In this document: piece by piece, positions 37,604 through 51,231 of the stretch
How the letters are laid out: each line of letters begins with the position of its first letter
Position numbering within the stretch: position 1 is the first letter of the stretch
The notes under the pieces: generated by a model
Databases searched by the model: none
What the model saw: the letters and a program-made list of their open reading frames with translations, nothing else
Told to the model about the DNA's origin: nothing
Assembly (NCBI GenBank): GCA_964304625.1
Contig: OZ199839.1
Location: forward strand, 1,092,180 to 1,156,179
DNA from: Kudoa neothunni
Lineage: Eukaryota; Animalia; Cnidaria
Length of the DNA: 64,000 nt
Direction: 5' to 3'
Position numbers and translations under genes: made by a program

Positions 37604-39474
37604 ATGATTGCAACCTTGCCATTATTGTTACTATCTGGTACATTACGTGATAATTTGGGATATATTCAATATAAAATTTTGTAGTAACATGCATTACATC
37701 AAACGTCCCCCGATTTCTTGATCCAACATTTAAGACTAAAAATGGTCTTACACTAGAGGATAATAATAATCTTGAACAAGTGCATAATATCAAATGTACT
37801 CAAAACACTAACGCGCCATTTGACCGATACAATCCAGATAACTATAATATTAATAAAAATGAATATAGTTATTGTAGGACTGAAAAGTTATTGGATGAAA
37901 CAAGAGGAAAGATGGTCAACACTGATGCTGCGTTTCCAAGAGGTGTAAGCCAATTCACTACGATAGAGTCAACATTTAAATTTCTGAAAAATTCAAAATT
38001 TGTTACTGAAAAATTTCCAATTCTCAGAAATGTACTGAATGAATATTATGGCCAATTGGACAAATTAACAAGCGACGTTTCCATTTGCAAAAATTCCTTT
38101 AGAACGTTAAGAAATGAAAATAGAGATTTAGATTTGAAATTAATCAACGTGAAACAACTGCATAAAAATGTGGAAACAGATAAACGTCTCCTCGCGAAAA
38201 TATTGTCTTCCATCAGGTCCTCTATGGAAGTGTGTAGGGGGAGTCCACAAAATAACATAACCGTCTACAAAGATATTGTGAGCAGTTATGACTTACAGGA
38301 AAATTTAGATCATGTATATAAGTCTTTGACTAATACTATAAAAATGATAAGAAATACATGTGATAAAGCTGCAAACGTTCCCACGTTGAACTCAGTTGTT
38401 CCCACGACATTAAAAAAATATGAAACTATTATTCGACACCTTAACGGCGTTCACAATACCATAGAAGCAGAAATCAGAAGTTTGACACTAGAAAGACAAA
38501 GATATTCAATTTTAAATGAAGATATGCAGATTCCATTGTCGAATATAGAAGCAAGTTTTAATCTAATGAAAACACGGTTAGAATCTGTTGATCATTTCCA
38601 CGTTTGGATGGAAAAAGAAAATAAAATAATCGAACAGTTGATCAGCAAAATATCTCTACAACTTCCAAAATTAGCCACTGACAGCCAAGATTTGCTTCAA
38701 ATAACCATCACATCAATAAGGAGACATATGGAAAGACAAGGAACTATGGAAAAGAATACGAAAAACTTTGATGATTCGGTGAGACAGATTGAAACCTTGC
38801 TTCGGGATATTTCATCGAATCATGCTGCAATGCTTCAAAGGACGCAAGTTAACAAGAAAAATATAGAATTGACCATTGAAGTACTTGAAGTTATTAAAGA
38901 CATGGAAGTCAAGCTCTCTTATGATAATACATATCATAGTTTGCTAAAATTATCGGAATATTTGAAATCTCCATGGAACTATTCATTAGACAGAGAATCT
39001 TCAACCATCTCCGAGCATCTGGAAAAAATCCAAAAATTGAAGGGCCAACTTAACTTACTCTCGAGCCACATCCAAAGTCATCATGTCGACGTCCACTTAT
39101 ATTCACACAATTTGAATCATCATGTGAAAAAATTGGAGAACCAATTCAACTCCCATAAAGATATAACAATACCTGAAATAGACATCATTAAGAGTATGCC
39201 TGAAATAGAAGATACTTTGGACGAAATAATTGGTCCAAATGATATAATATTCCAAGAGGTTACAACAAAAAAGGTCACTAGACAAGATCAGACTTCTTCC
39301 ACCCCAACGGTATTAGCTAGTGATGGTACGGGTCGAACCATTTGGGCTTTGCTGTGTAGTTTGGTTGTTGTGTTAGCATTAGTATTGATGGTTGTTTTGG
39401 GCTTTGTTTATCAAAAAACAAGAAACCAACCTAGAGCATTTGAAAGACGTAACAACGAGTTTGATGATATATAA
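37604..39474 (+). CDS. Secreted-type long helical/coiled-coil type I membrane protein, 607 aa; exons 37604-37637 and 37685-39474
   Basis: A 47-nt phase-1 GT-AG intron extends the 564-aa ORF to a signal peptide MIATLPLLLLSVTCITS. Heptad-like Leu/Ile periodicity, a Thr/Ser linker, TM IWALLCSLVVVLALVLMVVLGFVY and a 20-aa tail. Confidence 0.88.
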
Positions 39475-40325
39475 TTAACATTTCATCGAAATTGAGTTAG
39501 TATCAGTTTATTATACTATTTTGTTACTTTGAATGTGTTTTTCTTGCGTGAAATAATTACGATTAATAATATTCAATATTTTCATTTATTAATTAAATTT
39601 CGTATTATCAGCTAACTAATTGTTGTAAAAAATTGCATTTCTATTATTACTTATACTTTCGAGCATAAATTTAATGTTATTGCTATTGCATGTTTCCTTA
39701 CACTTTTTTTAATGTAAGGAAGTAGGTCAATGTATTCAACGGCTGTCAAATTAATTGACAGAATAGAGAGCTGAAGAAATATTGGATGGTTCATTTTATC
39801 GTTAGTAACGTAATTACTTGGGCGAAAAACTTTAAATAACCTATCAATACAGCTTTGAAGCAAATACAATTGTAAAAAGTCGGTGTAACTAATTTAGGGG
39901 GCATTGCTAAAGATGATACATATTGGGAGGATTAAAAAATTGAATTGGAAGTGATTAATATTATTTTTTAAAGAAATTTTTTATTACTTGTGAACTTAAA
40001 ATAAATTATTCTTCTTAATCTATAAGGTTTTTTCATTTATCTTTTATTGAGGTTAAAATATAGCTTGACTTAACAAAATTCCACGGATTATTATAATTTA
40101 CTCTAGGATGTGACTATTGGAATGGTTCATAATATCTGGGTTAGTGTAGTTTCAATTATATCTAATTGTTACTTACTGTTAATAGAATACCGGTGTACTA
40201 AAAATAATTATATAGGATTGACACTTAAATAGTTGGGACGTTGTCTCTATCTCAGGCTATAATTTTCTCTAATTTAGTTTTCTTAAAATTTTTAATCCAT
40301 TCTGAAAACTTAATATTTTAGTTAG

Positions 40326-40640
40326 TTTTTGTTTTTTTACAAGGTCGAACCCCTGGCGCAATCTGTTAGGTTATGAAGTTCGAGCTTGTTAGGCCTTCTA
40401 ATATTACGCTGTAGGCACCGCAGCGTCATCCTAAGGCGACTTACGTTTATGCGGTAGGTAGAGTAGGGTTTTAACGCATTAAACATCCTCGTTTCGGAGC
40501 AACCACCACCCTAACCATACCCTGAACTAACCCAGAATTAGTCTTGGAAAGTCGTCTGAATGCGGGCGTTGGCTCTACAGAAACTCCCTACTTAATTTCG
40601 AATTAGGAGTACAAGATATGTTATCTCAACCTAACACTAC
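40326..40640 (-). other. GC-rich non-coding segment, SINE-like or structured-RNA candidate
   Basis: Much higher GC than the flanks and no ORF. On the minus strand it has a TTCGAAAT box near the 5' end and a GGTTCGACC box, and it ends in an A-rich tail (plus-strand T-run at 40326-40338). Confidence 0.3.
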
Positions 40641-40902
40641 TATGCCATATTGTCCAGTCTCTTAATATTTTAGTCAACATATTGGCCCAATGTAATCAAT
40701 AATAATATTTTGGAGACTATAAGACTATGTTTTTGTATGGTAAACTCCTAAGCAAATAATAATTGTAGCTCAAAATAAAAAACATTCCTTTTAACCTTAA
40801 TTCTTATCGCGCATACGATGCCGCATTATTCTGGTTTCTGAATTTGAAAATGTTGAACATTGGAACTCAGTTCAATTCCCTCGAAAGTGAAATCAATTAA
40901 GT

Positions 40903-41492
40903 CAATGGTTCTTAAAATTTTCTTCAATGGAACCCTTCTACATTATTCGTAATATAATGGTACCCTCACTTAAATTGACCCTCAAGGTTTCGTGAATTAG
41001 TCTTAATGGACTAATATTTATTACGATATAAAAATATTTTATTTCGTAAAACACTTGACGAAATTAGAATAGAAAATACATATTATAATAAAGAAAAAAA
41101 ATTTAAAACACAGTATATTGGAACATACTCCGGGTTTTTTGACTACTGCTTGCAGATCGTTCAATTGCATGTTCACCGATTTCTGTGTCGTCTTTAGATG
41201 TGTTGTTTTACTTATACTTTTTACCCATCGATCCATGATAGGATTTTAAAAATAGTCCAACTATTTGTGGAATATTTGGACTATTTGTGTCAACAGCAAA
41301 GCATCACAATCTTCCTGCAGATGCGTTGGAGCGTAGCTAACCGACAAAAATCAGCTTTCACCACTGTTGTCAACTTTAGCTATTAGTGAAAATTCATTGA
41401 CAGCATAAGATACGATATATACTTATTTCATATGTTATGATTAAATGTTGCATTTGATTGTAGCTTTGTTTAACCCACTTTGAGAACCGCTG
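40903..41492. mobile_element. hAT (Charlie/Buster-type) MITE, 590 bp
   Basis: TIRs CAATGGTTCTTAAA...TTTGAGAACCGCTG and an 8-bp TSD AATTAAGT/GATTAGGT (6/8). Confidence 0.7.
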
Positions 41493-42363
41493 GATTAGGT
41501 GATTGAGGGGTAGATATTGAACGAAGATAGGTGTTTAAAGAAAAGAGTAACATTTTACTACTTTTTAAAAGTATCCTTTAGTTTATTTATTCCTTTGATG
41601 GAAAGTGTGGTCATATTTAATTCTTCTAAATTTAATTATTTATTTATGTAAAGCTACTGAGCGCCAATTTTCGTATAACAACAACATTTAATGGTTAATG
41701 GCAACAAATAAATATTTTATTTTATTTATTTATTAAAAATGAATAATTTTCATAAGAGTTAGATTTTATTGCGAGCTATGTATCTTTTGTTGATATCAGG
41801 GTAATCGGATGCATCAAAATAAAAAATTTCCAAAATTATTCAAATATTATTAAAAAAATTAAATTGGTTGAAATTAAATCGAAACAACATTTTCTTACAA
41901 TACATAAAATAGTTCTTGAGAAGTCCATTGTCTGGGATATAGCCACTTTCGCGAGAGGATTCTCAGGTAACTGATATTTGGCCATTACCTTGCAAAAGTT
42001 ACATAATATCGGTCAATGACGCATTTTCAATAATTATTCCTTAGTCTAGAAGGGATCACAGTAGATTCTAAAATAAACTATATAGGGCCTTTCTTAATTA
42101 TGGGAACCAGTATATATAAATTATTCAATACATACTAATAACATGTTTTCACGAATTATGATTGGGAGCATTTTATATAGACAGTGGACAGATGTCGCTA
42201 CTTCTGCGTCACGCGTCCTTTTTTCTTAACAGATGTTATGCATGGAGTGTACACTCACTATTGTGTGCGATACACCTGTAATTACAGTTAGGTCCAACGG
42301 AGGTGTTGGGATTAGACGTTTGAACTGTCGGTGACGTACTAGACAATAAGAATATTGCTTGCA

Positions 42364-42390
42364 GGCTGGCTGGCTGGCTGGCTGGCTGGC
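42364..42390. repeat. (GGCT)n microsatellite inside a GC-richer, possibly Helitron-derived segment (~42130-42586)
   Basis: Six GGCT units plus GGC read directly. The segment ends CGGGACCAGCTAG|T. Confidence 0.85.
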
Positions 42391-44920
42391 CTAGCAGAAC
42401 GAATACCGTTTAAGTTGAAGAAGGAAAGATCCGAGTGAGGAGAACCTGCAAACTTCGGGATTTATTTAAAGAAATTGTTATAGTATTTTATATTTTAAAA
42501 TAAATATTTGATGAAAGCTCTAATTGTTATCAGAATTTGTTTTCTCGGAAAATCTCTAATTTTTAAAATTATTCGGGACCAGCTAGTATTAAATAATGTT
42601 GTTTCGACTGAGTTGGCCAATCTCATAAACAAATCTTTAATGGGATTAACATTAATTGTTAAGGTAATATAGAGACATCATTTAACGGAGGCTCTCATAG
42701 AATGCCAAATTTGGGTGAAAAACTCTGAAAATATCAATAATTTTTATTTCATTCTTTTATCCAAAAATTATAAGAATAAAGCAATAAATAAGAAAATTCT
42801 ATATTATTTTCAAGTAACGTTTTGTAGTAGCATTCTGAGTAGAATCGGGATTTCCTACAATGAATAATCTAATAAATTTTGAAGAAAAAACATAAATAAC
42901 TTTTATAAGCATAAACTTATTTACAAAGAAAATTGTAATTTGATTTAAATTAGAAAATATTTTCTGATTGAATTTTTTTTCATCGTCAGATTAATTTATT
43001 CAATATAATTTCTTGACTTGTAATAAATTGTAGTCAAGACTATTAAAAAAAGTTATTTTGCGGAACCGAATTTTTGAATTCATTAAAATCTAATTAAATT
43101 GCGATATTACAATTTTATGGACTTTAACCTATTTAGATTGAAAAGCGAAAAGGTACTGATAGAGAAATTTTTAGATTAATATAATTAAATGATGATTAAT
43201 CACCAATATATGAGGAAAAATTATAAAAATAAGTTTAAATAGTTGCTCTTATTAATATCAACTCAGTGAATAATCTTCGGGTCAATTTCCATAATTTTTG
43301 AAGTATTGAGACTATATCCTCGAAATTTAGAGGAGATTAAGTCAATGTATTAACATGATTGTATGATTCGGTCACAGTGGATTTTTGTAAACAATGTTAG
43401 GAGAAATTTACTTATCAAAATTCAACAGTGAATAATTTTTTTGAATAAACTATTTTATTTTTTTTAAAATATCGGCTAAACTACAGTATTTTTGTACGAA
43501 CCTCGGGCGATGTCGCATAAAAAATCGGAAATAAAGTCGTTCCCTACAATTCATCCCGTTAATTCACTTCTTTTTCAAATGGTTTTCATTTCTGTTCTTA
43601 TCACAAAAAAATTACATTATTTAATTAGATTCAGATCAAAAAGAATTAACCTATAAACTGGAAATAAATCTTAAGTCGAGCACATTCGGATTCACGTGGA
43701 ATCTCTGTTGTTGATAAATACATCAAAAAATTATTATTTCTCTATAATTTGAACAAATTCGAAGTCGTTAATTGTTCACTGAATTTTTGTTATTTGTATC
43801 TATTAGTAATAAGTTTGTAAATGTTCAATCTTGACTTCGAATTTTAAAAATAGAACTTTCTGGTTTATTCTATTCAAAATTAAAACGAAGATGTTTCAAT
43901 TTAACGATGATATTCCTTTATGTGTGTTTTAGTTTATAATTTTTTTCACATAGTTTATTCAAGATTTAAAAAATGTTATAACAATATTTGTTCCATAATT
44001 CCAACATGAACATTGTTAATTTATTTTATTAGGTTATCTTTTTATTTATACACATTAAGTAACTAAAAACAAAAATATTTAATAATTGTTTTTTAAATGA
44101 AAATAATTTTAAAGTAGAATAATCGTCGCAAAACAAAATGTACGATTTATGAGCATATTAAATAAAACTAATTATGAATGCTAATAAATCAAAGCTTTTT
44201 TTAACATTTATCTCAACAATACAAAAATGGCGCAAAATCTAAAAATAAACATTTATTACTTAGTTTTTGAATAAAGAATGAAAGATTACGTCGTATTTTA
44301 TAATCTACTTCAATAATTTGGTGTGTTTGTATGTTTCAAACGTTTTAACCTAATATAATTAATTTACTGAGATGTATTATGTATCAAAATGTTTGTTGAA
44401 ACTAGTAACAACCACAGAACGTTGGAATCATGAAATCCCTATCCTAATCATTAATAATCCTAACTTCAACACATAATCACCCTCAATTTTTGAACGGCCT
44501 AATTGTTATCGACGAGTATTCCAAGTTTCAACATTCGTTCACAAAATTATGATCGATGCACCTTAATATAAGCTGTTCCTTCTAATCGTACTCATTTCAT
44601 TTTTCCAACTAATGAAACTACAAGCGTAATAACGTTTATTATTTAAATAATAATCATCTTATTTAAAAATTCAATTACATTATAACAAATAACGTTATCT
44701 CCTCGCTGCACTAACTAAAAAATTTTTAATGAGTAAATGCTTACAGTATATCTCAATATTAGAAACAAGGCCCAAACCCCACTTATAATATATATAATAT
44801 AAGTCGATGTATTTTATTTCGCGCGATATTTCAATGAAAAATTGAAATTTGTTTGCAGAAAAAATCCAACCACTGAGTGTACATATACAAACAGACAGAA
44901 AAAATAACTAAAAATCGAGG

Positions 44921-46363
44921 CTATTTTTCGGTGCTATAAGGTAGATTGGCAACCTCAACAGCTGGGGTGAAATTTGAGGGGTAGAGATCTTTGGTGTATT
45001 TGATAAATGTTCGGTAGGTAGCTCTAATAGTGGATTCGGCCACTCCGGTACACTCAGAAACTTCTAAAACAAACGTACACATTAAAATAACATCAATAAT
45101 CATTCATTATAAATTATCGCACACCTTTTAACGTTTTGCGAACATTTGATGCATGCGAACTGAGAAAAATAGCTGCAGCTGTGATGGTCACTGGACTTTT
45201 CCCACCCACAAGGTCCAATTCATAAGCTCTCTTTGATATGAAAATGGCGATTTTTTGAATGGTAAGATTCAGCCCCAGAATAGAGCAGAATCGAGACTAT
45301 AATCAAATAATTAAAATGTGTAAATAATCATCAATCGACACCAATTATTGCATCCTATCAAATCTAGTACCATGTAATCGACGGAGTTGATAAGATCGAT
45401 ATTGGTGCTGAGTGATTTGAGGACTATTTTAAAACAGCGCCCGATTTCTTTTTTGGTGATTCTACTGACGGCGCAAATCTCTACAACGCCAGAATTATTT
45501 GAGCATCGCAGCACAGCAGGGTTCTACCTTTGAATGTTCGTGGAACACTTTCTTGACGGCAAACAATATACAAGCACGCAGCTGCAATGGCGTTATAGGA
45601 ACGACCTTTGATTCCTTTTAACATGTACACTTTTCGAAATAGAGCCTGTGTTTTGGTCTATAAACCCATCCACTAACATCCTTATAAATCAACACTCAGA
45701 ATACCACAATATTCTTAGTGAGATTCATTCGATCGGTCATTGTGGCGATTTCTCGGCATGTTTTCAAAAATGTACGATCCTGTGTATTTATCTGATAGTG
45801 GAATGCGGTTAATAAAAACCTAACACTACAGATGCACTACTTCAGATCTCGATTGTAATTTGTACATGCGTTCATGATCTTGATTGTACGTGCTGTTTGT
45901 TTTGGAGAATGCGATTCGTGTGGATAATCCTCCAACTCCTTCCAAAGACGGGTCCTATTCAACACATGAGTCACAAACGTGAAACTGTTCATCGAAGAAA
46001 TTAGCGTATTGTGTCTCCCACAAACGCCAACACCCAAAATGCTGATATGATTACTTCAGCAGCACCCGCACGAGATCGATCTTTATTTGCACTGTTACCA
46101 TCATTGGCAAACGATCTCCATTCTGGCCCAACATCAATCACGCTAAACTAGATGTCAGAACCAGCGATTGATTGAAGCAATCAGTTTACCGATCGCCAAC
46201 AACCAATCCACACACCGAGCATATCATATCCCCCGCTCTGTAGTCTTCTATTAATACAGCATTTGGGTGTTTTTTACAATGAATTGTTGGTACTATAACT
46301 CCTCCCCCACTTTTAAAAGTTATATTATTCGATTTGATGTATCGATTAGGAGACTTACGACAT
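44921..46363 (-). CDS. GTF2B: General transcription factor IIB (multi-exon; first coding exon is only 5 nt, 46359-46363)
   Basis: Zn ribbon CKKHP...[32 protein letters not shown]. Cyclin folds with [50 protein letters not shown] and [11 protein letters not shown]. Confidence 0.97.
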
Positions 46364-46560
46364 CACTATTTTTTAGTTGATAAATCTGCGCATGTCTATG
46401 AATTTATATTATGATTAATTTGTGATTTTAAACCGACTTCTAATTTCCATCATTATTGCATATTTAATTGAAATATTTTCTATCATTTTAAAATATGTGA
46501 TAGCTTTTTGTGTTTATTTAATTTTGTAAAAAATCAGACAAGGCTTGCGCAACATTTGCA
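46364..46560. promoter_or_regulatory. Compact bidirectional promoter between TFIIB and AAR2
   Basis: Divergent ATGs separated by only 197 bp. Contains TGCGCA palindromes at 46387 and 46546. Confidence 0.65.
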
Positions 46561-47900
46561 ATGGACGTACTCATATTAGGATTACCGCCAAATTGCCTCA
46601 TCGGTATAGGTAATAACCCAAAAATATGTGGCCCAAAATTTAAAGGCTATAAAAATATACCACCAGGAGTCCATTTTATATATTATGCTATCAATAGTAA
46701 CTCTCAACAGTCTAATGACAGTCGTGCTAATAGTTACGGAGCTAGATCTGGAATTTTATTTCCAGTTTCATTAGATGATGAATTTTTGTTGTTGATCTAT
46801 CAACCTAAAGATGAGGAATTGTTGCTGGTCAATGACAGTGATCAAATTAATCGATACAAAGATGGTAATCGTTGTGACGTAAATTTAAGAATGATTTCCC
46901 AATGGGTATAGTGTATAAGAATGAATGGTGGGATTGTATGGCATCGTATGAACGATTGGAAAACAAAAAATTGGAATAAATTCGTTGAATTCGTCTCCAC
47001 AGAGACCTTAATACGTCTGTCGAATTACAATTATTTCTACCAAATTGACTCCAATCAAACAATATACTTTTTGGAGAGGTGTGTATTCCTTGCCCCATTT
47101 CTTACATTTCCATTATTCCCGTACGAACAAGGAAATGCTGAAGCTTCTATGATGAAACAAATCAATTCCAATCTCTCCAACTCTACTATCAACTTCACCA
47201 CTATCACTTTCAAGGATAACAACAATCAATCAAATCCCACTCCATCTATTGTAACCAATATCAATGTGGACTACAGTGAAAAGTTGATTAAACTCTTGGA
47301 TACATTCAACTCCGCAAATAATACAAATGACACTAATGATACTAATAATACTAATAATACGAGTGATACCATTAAAAGTATTGAGTTGATTGCTGAATTT
47401 CAAGTTATTTATCTTCTTATGACAACTGGTCAGCTGTTTGAACTATTTTATTTGTGGGAAACGGATTATTGTGCTTTTTTGCCACAGTGACAAAGCCATA
47501 GAGACGAATTGTCGCTTGTTTGAGTGTTTTATCGATGTGTTGATATTCCAACTTGAAACGTTACCATTTGAAGGTATTTTCGAGCTGCATCAATCCAACC
47601 AACCGATACCGATACCGATACGAGGAAGGAATAAGTTTTCTGTACAATGCCATTGAAGTAATTAAATTAGAGATGCGAACTGATGCCAAATAATGAACTT
47701 TTTAGACAATGATTCAAAATATCTTCTTTTTTAATGGAAAATTTATGAGTTTGGAAACCAAAGCTACGGTTTTATGTGAATGTGTCAAGCGTCTCTATGG
47801 ATGGCACATCAATACCTCTTCGGATTTTGATTTTGATACCTACGATGAGAATGATGAATACGCTCCTCAAATTGTCGATGAAAATGATGATTTTATATAG
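46561..47900 (+). CDS. AAR2: AAR2 (U5 snRNP assembly factor); two short introns and three apparent +1 frameshifts
   Basis: GPKFKGYKNIPPGVHFIYY, INFT, DYSEKL, ELIAEFQ, WKRIIVLFCHSDKAI, LIFQLETLP and C-terminal DENDEYAPQIVD are AAR2 hallmarks. Introns at 46865-46911 and ~47658-47705. Confidence 0.88.
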
Positions 47901-48219
47901 ATTGATACATACTTGTTAATTTTATCATCTGTAAAATTGTCTGTATATTATACAATTTCAATTTTAATTATTTCATGACGAGTTTTTACGGCTTTTTTTT
48001 TAATTTTTTTATAATGTACAGTTTTTCGAAAATTATATTTTTACTATATTCGACTATTTTTAAAAAATGTGTCGTTTGAGGATTAAAAATTATTAAATTT
48101 AAAATAATTTTTTCTATGAATTTTGGATATTAGAACAAGCAAGGAATATGACCTGTCTGTCATGCATACTTAAATTAGAATGCGAATGCGCATATTTAAC
48201 CGTATCTGTTCACCTGAAG

Positions 48220-50872
48220 CAGTGGACGGGCAAAGTGGGGCCCGCCGGACGGGTTTATAAGGCTGAAAAATTACGCGAGCATGTGTACTCGTTTTCAAAT
48301 TATAGTAACGCCAAGACAGCATTTCTTTTCCATAAACAAATAAATAAATAACTTTTTTATGAATATTATAGAGTTGTAAACGTTAAATTTTACGAGATTT
48401 TATTATCTGATTTGATGTTTTACCTATGATTATCATATGTGAATGAGATAAGATTTAATACGCGCTTAAAATAAAATAACATGTCATCAATTTTAGAAAA
48501 AAATGGTACAAGAAATTCATTTACAACAAAAAGAATCTAAGAATAACTAAATAATAGAAAAATATATGAGCATACGATACTCATACATAAATTGGAAGTT
48601 TGACGCAATAAAAATCATATCCTTACTTTCCATTATATTCGTTTCGTTTTACAAAAATCTCATTTATTACTACATTTGAAAAGGGATAAAATTTATGTAA
48701 ATTATACAATTTTTTAGATATACTAAGATTTAAAACAATAATTATTTATAATAGAGATGTATCAAAAGCAACTCAGTTCATTCAAACGAAATCTCTAACC
48801 CAAGAAAACGAATCTGAAGCAAGTTCTATGATATTATATAACATTACTCCGCGAAACAAACCATTTTCAGATGGCAAATTTGTGAAAGAATGTATAATGG
48901 ATTGTGTTAGCGTTGTTTGTCCGGAATTGAGAAAAAAAGTGTGGAAATATTCCCATTATCAAGAAGGATAGTTGAGCCGTCATTTAGAGATGATAAGTGA
49001 AAATTTAAGCCAATAATTAAAAGATATAGGAAAGATTTTGTGTGTTATCCATTAGCTTTAGATGAAAGCACAGATATTAGAGGCCCTGCACAATTGCTTA
49101 TTTTTGTATCACTGAAGAGTTACATTCTATGGAACCGATGGAAAGTACAGCAACTGGGAAGGATTTGTTTGAATGTGTGGTTAAAGCAGTTGAAAACAAT
49201 GAATTACCTTGGAGTAAATTAACAAGCGTGACAACTGATGGCTCTCGCTCTTTATTGGAAAAGAATTTGAGAATGATTATATCATTGAATGAAAAACTTA
49301 AAAAGAGATTCCAAACCATGCTTTTCTGTCATTTCCTTGCATTTTGCACCGAGAAAGTTTGTGTGAATTTTCATACAGTTTATTCCACATTGTAACTCCA
49401 GTTGTGAACGCAATAAACATCATTCGTTCAAGAGCTCTGAATCACCGTCAGTTCATATCGTTGTTAAATGATCTTGATTCTGAGTACGGAGAAGTTATCT
49501 ACCATAACAATGTACGATAGTAAAGTTTAGGAAAGATTTTATTATCTGATAGATGAAATTAAGGCTTTTCTTAAATGAAAGATACGAACTATGAGTTTAT
49601 CCATAATACAGACTGTGATGAATAGAGGTTTAAGCTTATGTTCGCAGTTGACATCTTCGAAAAAGTCAACTAATTAAACCTAAAGATGCAAGATAAACAA
49701 CTCATGCTTTATGAAATGTTCAACCACATTAAATCTTTTGAAGCGAAATTTCCCCTTTTATAAATCAAATAAATGAAGGGAAATTTACTCATTTTCCATT
49801 GCTTGCAAAGGAAAAATGCCTCCGACTATTCGTTGTAAAATAAAAAGCTATCTGAAATCTTTATTAGATGAGTTCAATAGAACATTTAGACTTTCGACAG
49901 GTTGAACCAAAATGTCAAATGCACACATCGTTATTCTCCGTTGATGTCAATACGGCTAGCTACAGCTTGAACTGATAGATGTTCAATCTGAGAGTTTATT
50001 AAAATAATTGTTTGTTGTTGATCCATTAGTAGAATTTTACAATTCGCTTCAGAGATATTTTCTATGTTCGGTCAACCTATATCTGAACTTTAAGCTATTA
50101 GTTCATGAAAATACTTAGTAATTTTTTTTCTTTATATTCTCGCTTTATTTAACGTCTGAAATGCAACACAAATCACTTCAAAGTTGAAGTCTTACGATAA
50201 ATATAATTTTTATTAATTGATATAATTAAGGGAAATAATAAGTTATGATAACTTTTCCTGGTGGAATTATTCCTTAAAAATATATATACAAAACCTTAAA
50301 AGATGAATGTTACATTGATACATAATATAAATTAAGATTTTTTTTAATTTCGTGTTATTTTAAATCATAATTTGGGATTGTAATATTCCATAATAAATTT
50401 GAAGAAAATTATTTCTGTAAGTTGATTATATTTGTCACCAAAAATTTAATGTAATCTGAAATATTATAAATCTAATTAATTTTTATTATTTTAAATTATA
50501 TTCAAATTTATAATTTAGGCCTCATTTAAAAGTAGATGTTATATTGAATTGAATGCTTAAAATAATTGTATCAGAGTCACTTTTTAAATATTTCATTTGT
50601 ACTTAATGAGTCATATTAACTTTTCATAACTTTAGTTATAATTAAATTTATTAAATATAAAACCTATTATTTCGACCGTAACTTGTAATAGTACGCCGAG
50701 CAAAAAATTTCTATATTTAAAAAAATTACTTGATTCTTTTTTAAAGTAATTTATACGCTAACTTGTTTATTGTACCAAAAATGTAAGAAAAGCCATCAAT
50801 AGGTATTTAAGTTCTCAGAAAACACTTAATCAACAATGCGGCCCGCAGACCCAAAAGTTATGTCCACCACTG
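48220..50872 (+). mobile_element. Degenerate full-length hAT (Charlie/SPIN/GTF2IRD2-type) transposon
   Basis: Transposase pieces KPFSDGKFVKECI, LALDESTDIRGPAQLLIFV, STATGKDLFECV, SVTTDGS, CILHRESLC and IRSRALNHRQF. Ends CAGTGGACGGGCAAA...TATGTCCACCACTG. TSD ACCTGAAG/GCCTAAAG (6/8). Confidence 0.9.
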
Positions 50873-51231
50873 GCCTAAAGGTTATAATTACATTACTTTA
50901 GTAGATGATTGCTAATATAAAATCTTTATTTAGTTGCTCGTGATGTTTTTATTTTGATTAAAATAAAAAGGGACCATCGACGCACTACTATAGTAATATT
51001 CTGAATGTAAAACAAACGAATCGATATAATATATATTTTTTTTGTTGTCCATCCTTCTAAAAATTTAAAATTCTTCATTTTTAAAACCTGTAGGCTACAT
51101 TATCTAAGTTTATTAAGTCTAAGTTTTATTAACGTTGATTTTAATTGCTTCGATAAATAAGATTTTAAATGATAAAGTAATAATCGTCGTTTCTAAGAAG
51201 TTTGCTAGGATCATCCTTTTTCTATTACGGG

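Noticed and set aside
44436-44486. Degenerate CCCTAA-like run as an interstitial telomere
   Set aside because: There are no consecutive perfect units, and the run is too degenerate to support the call.
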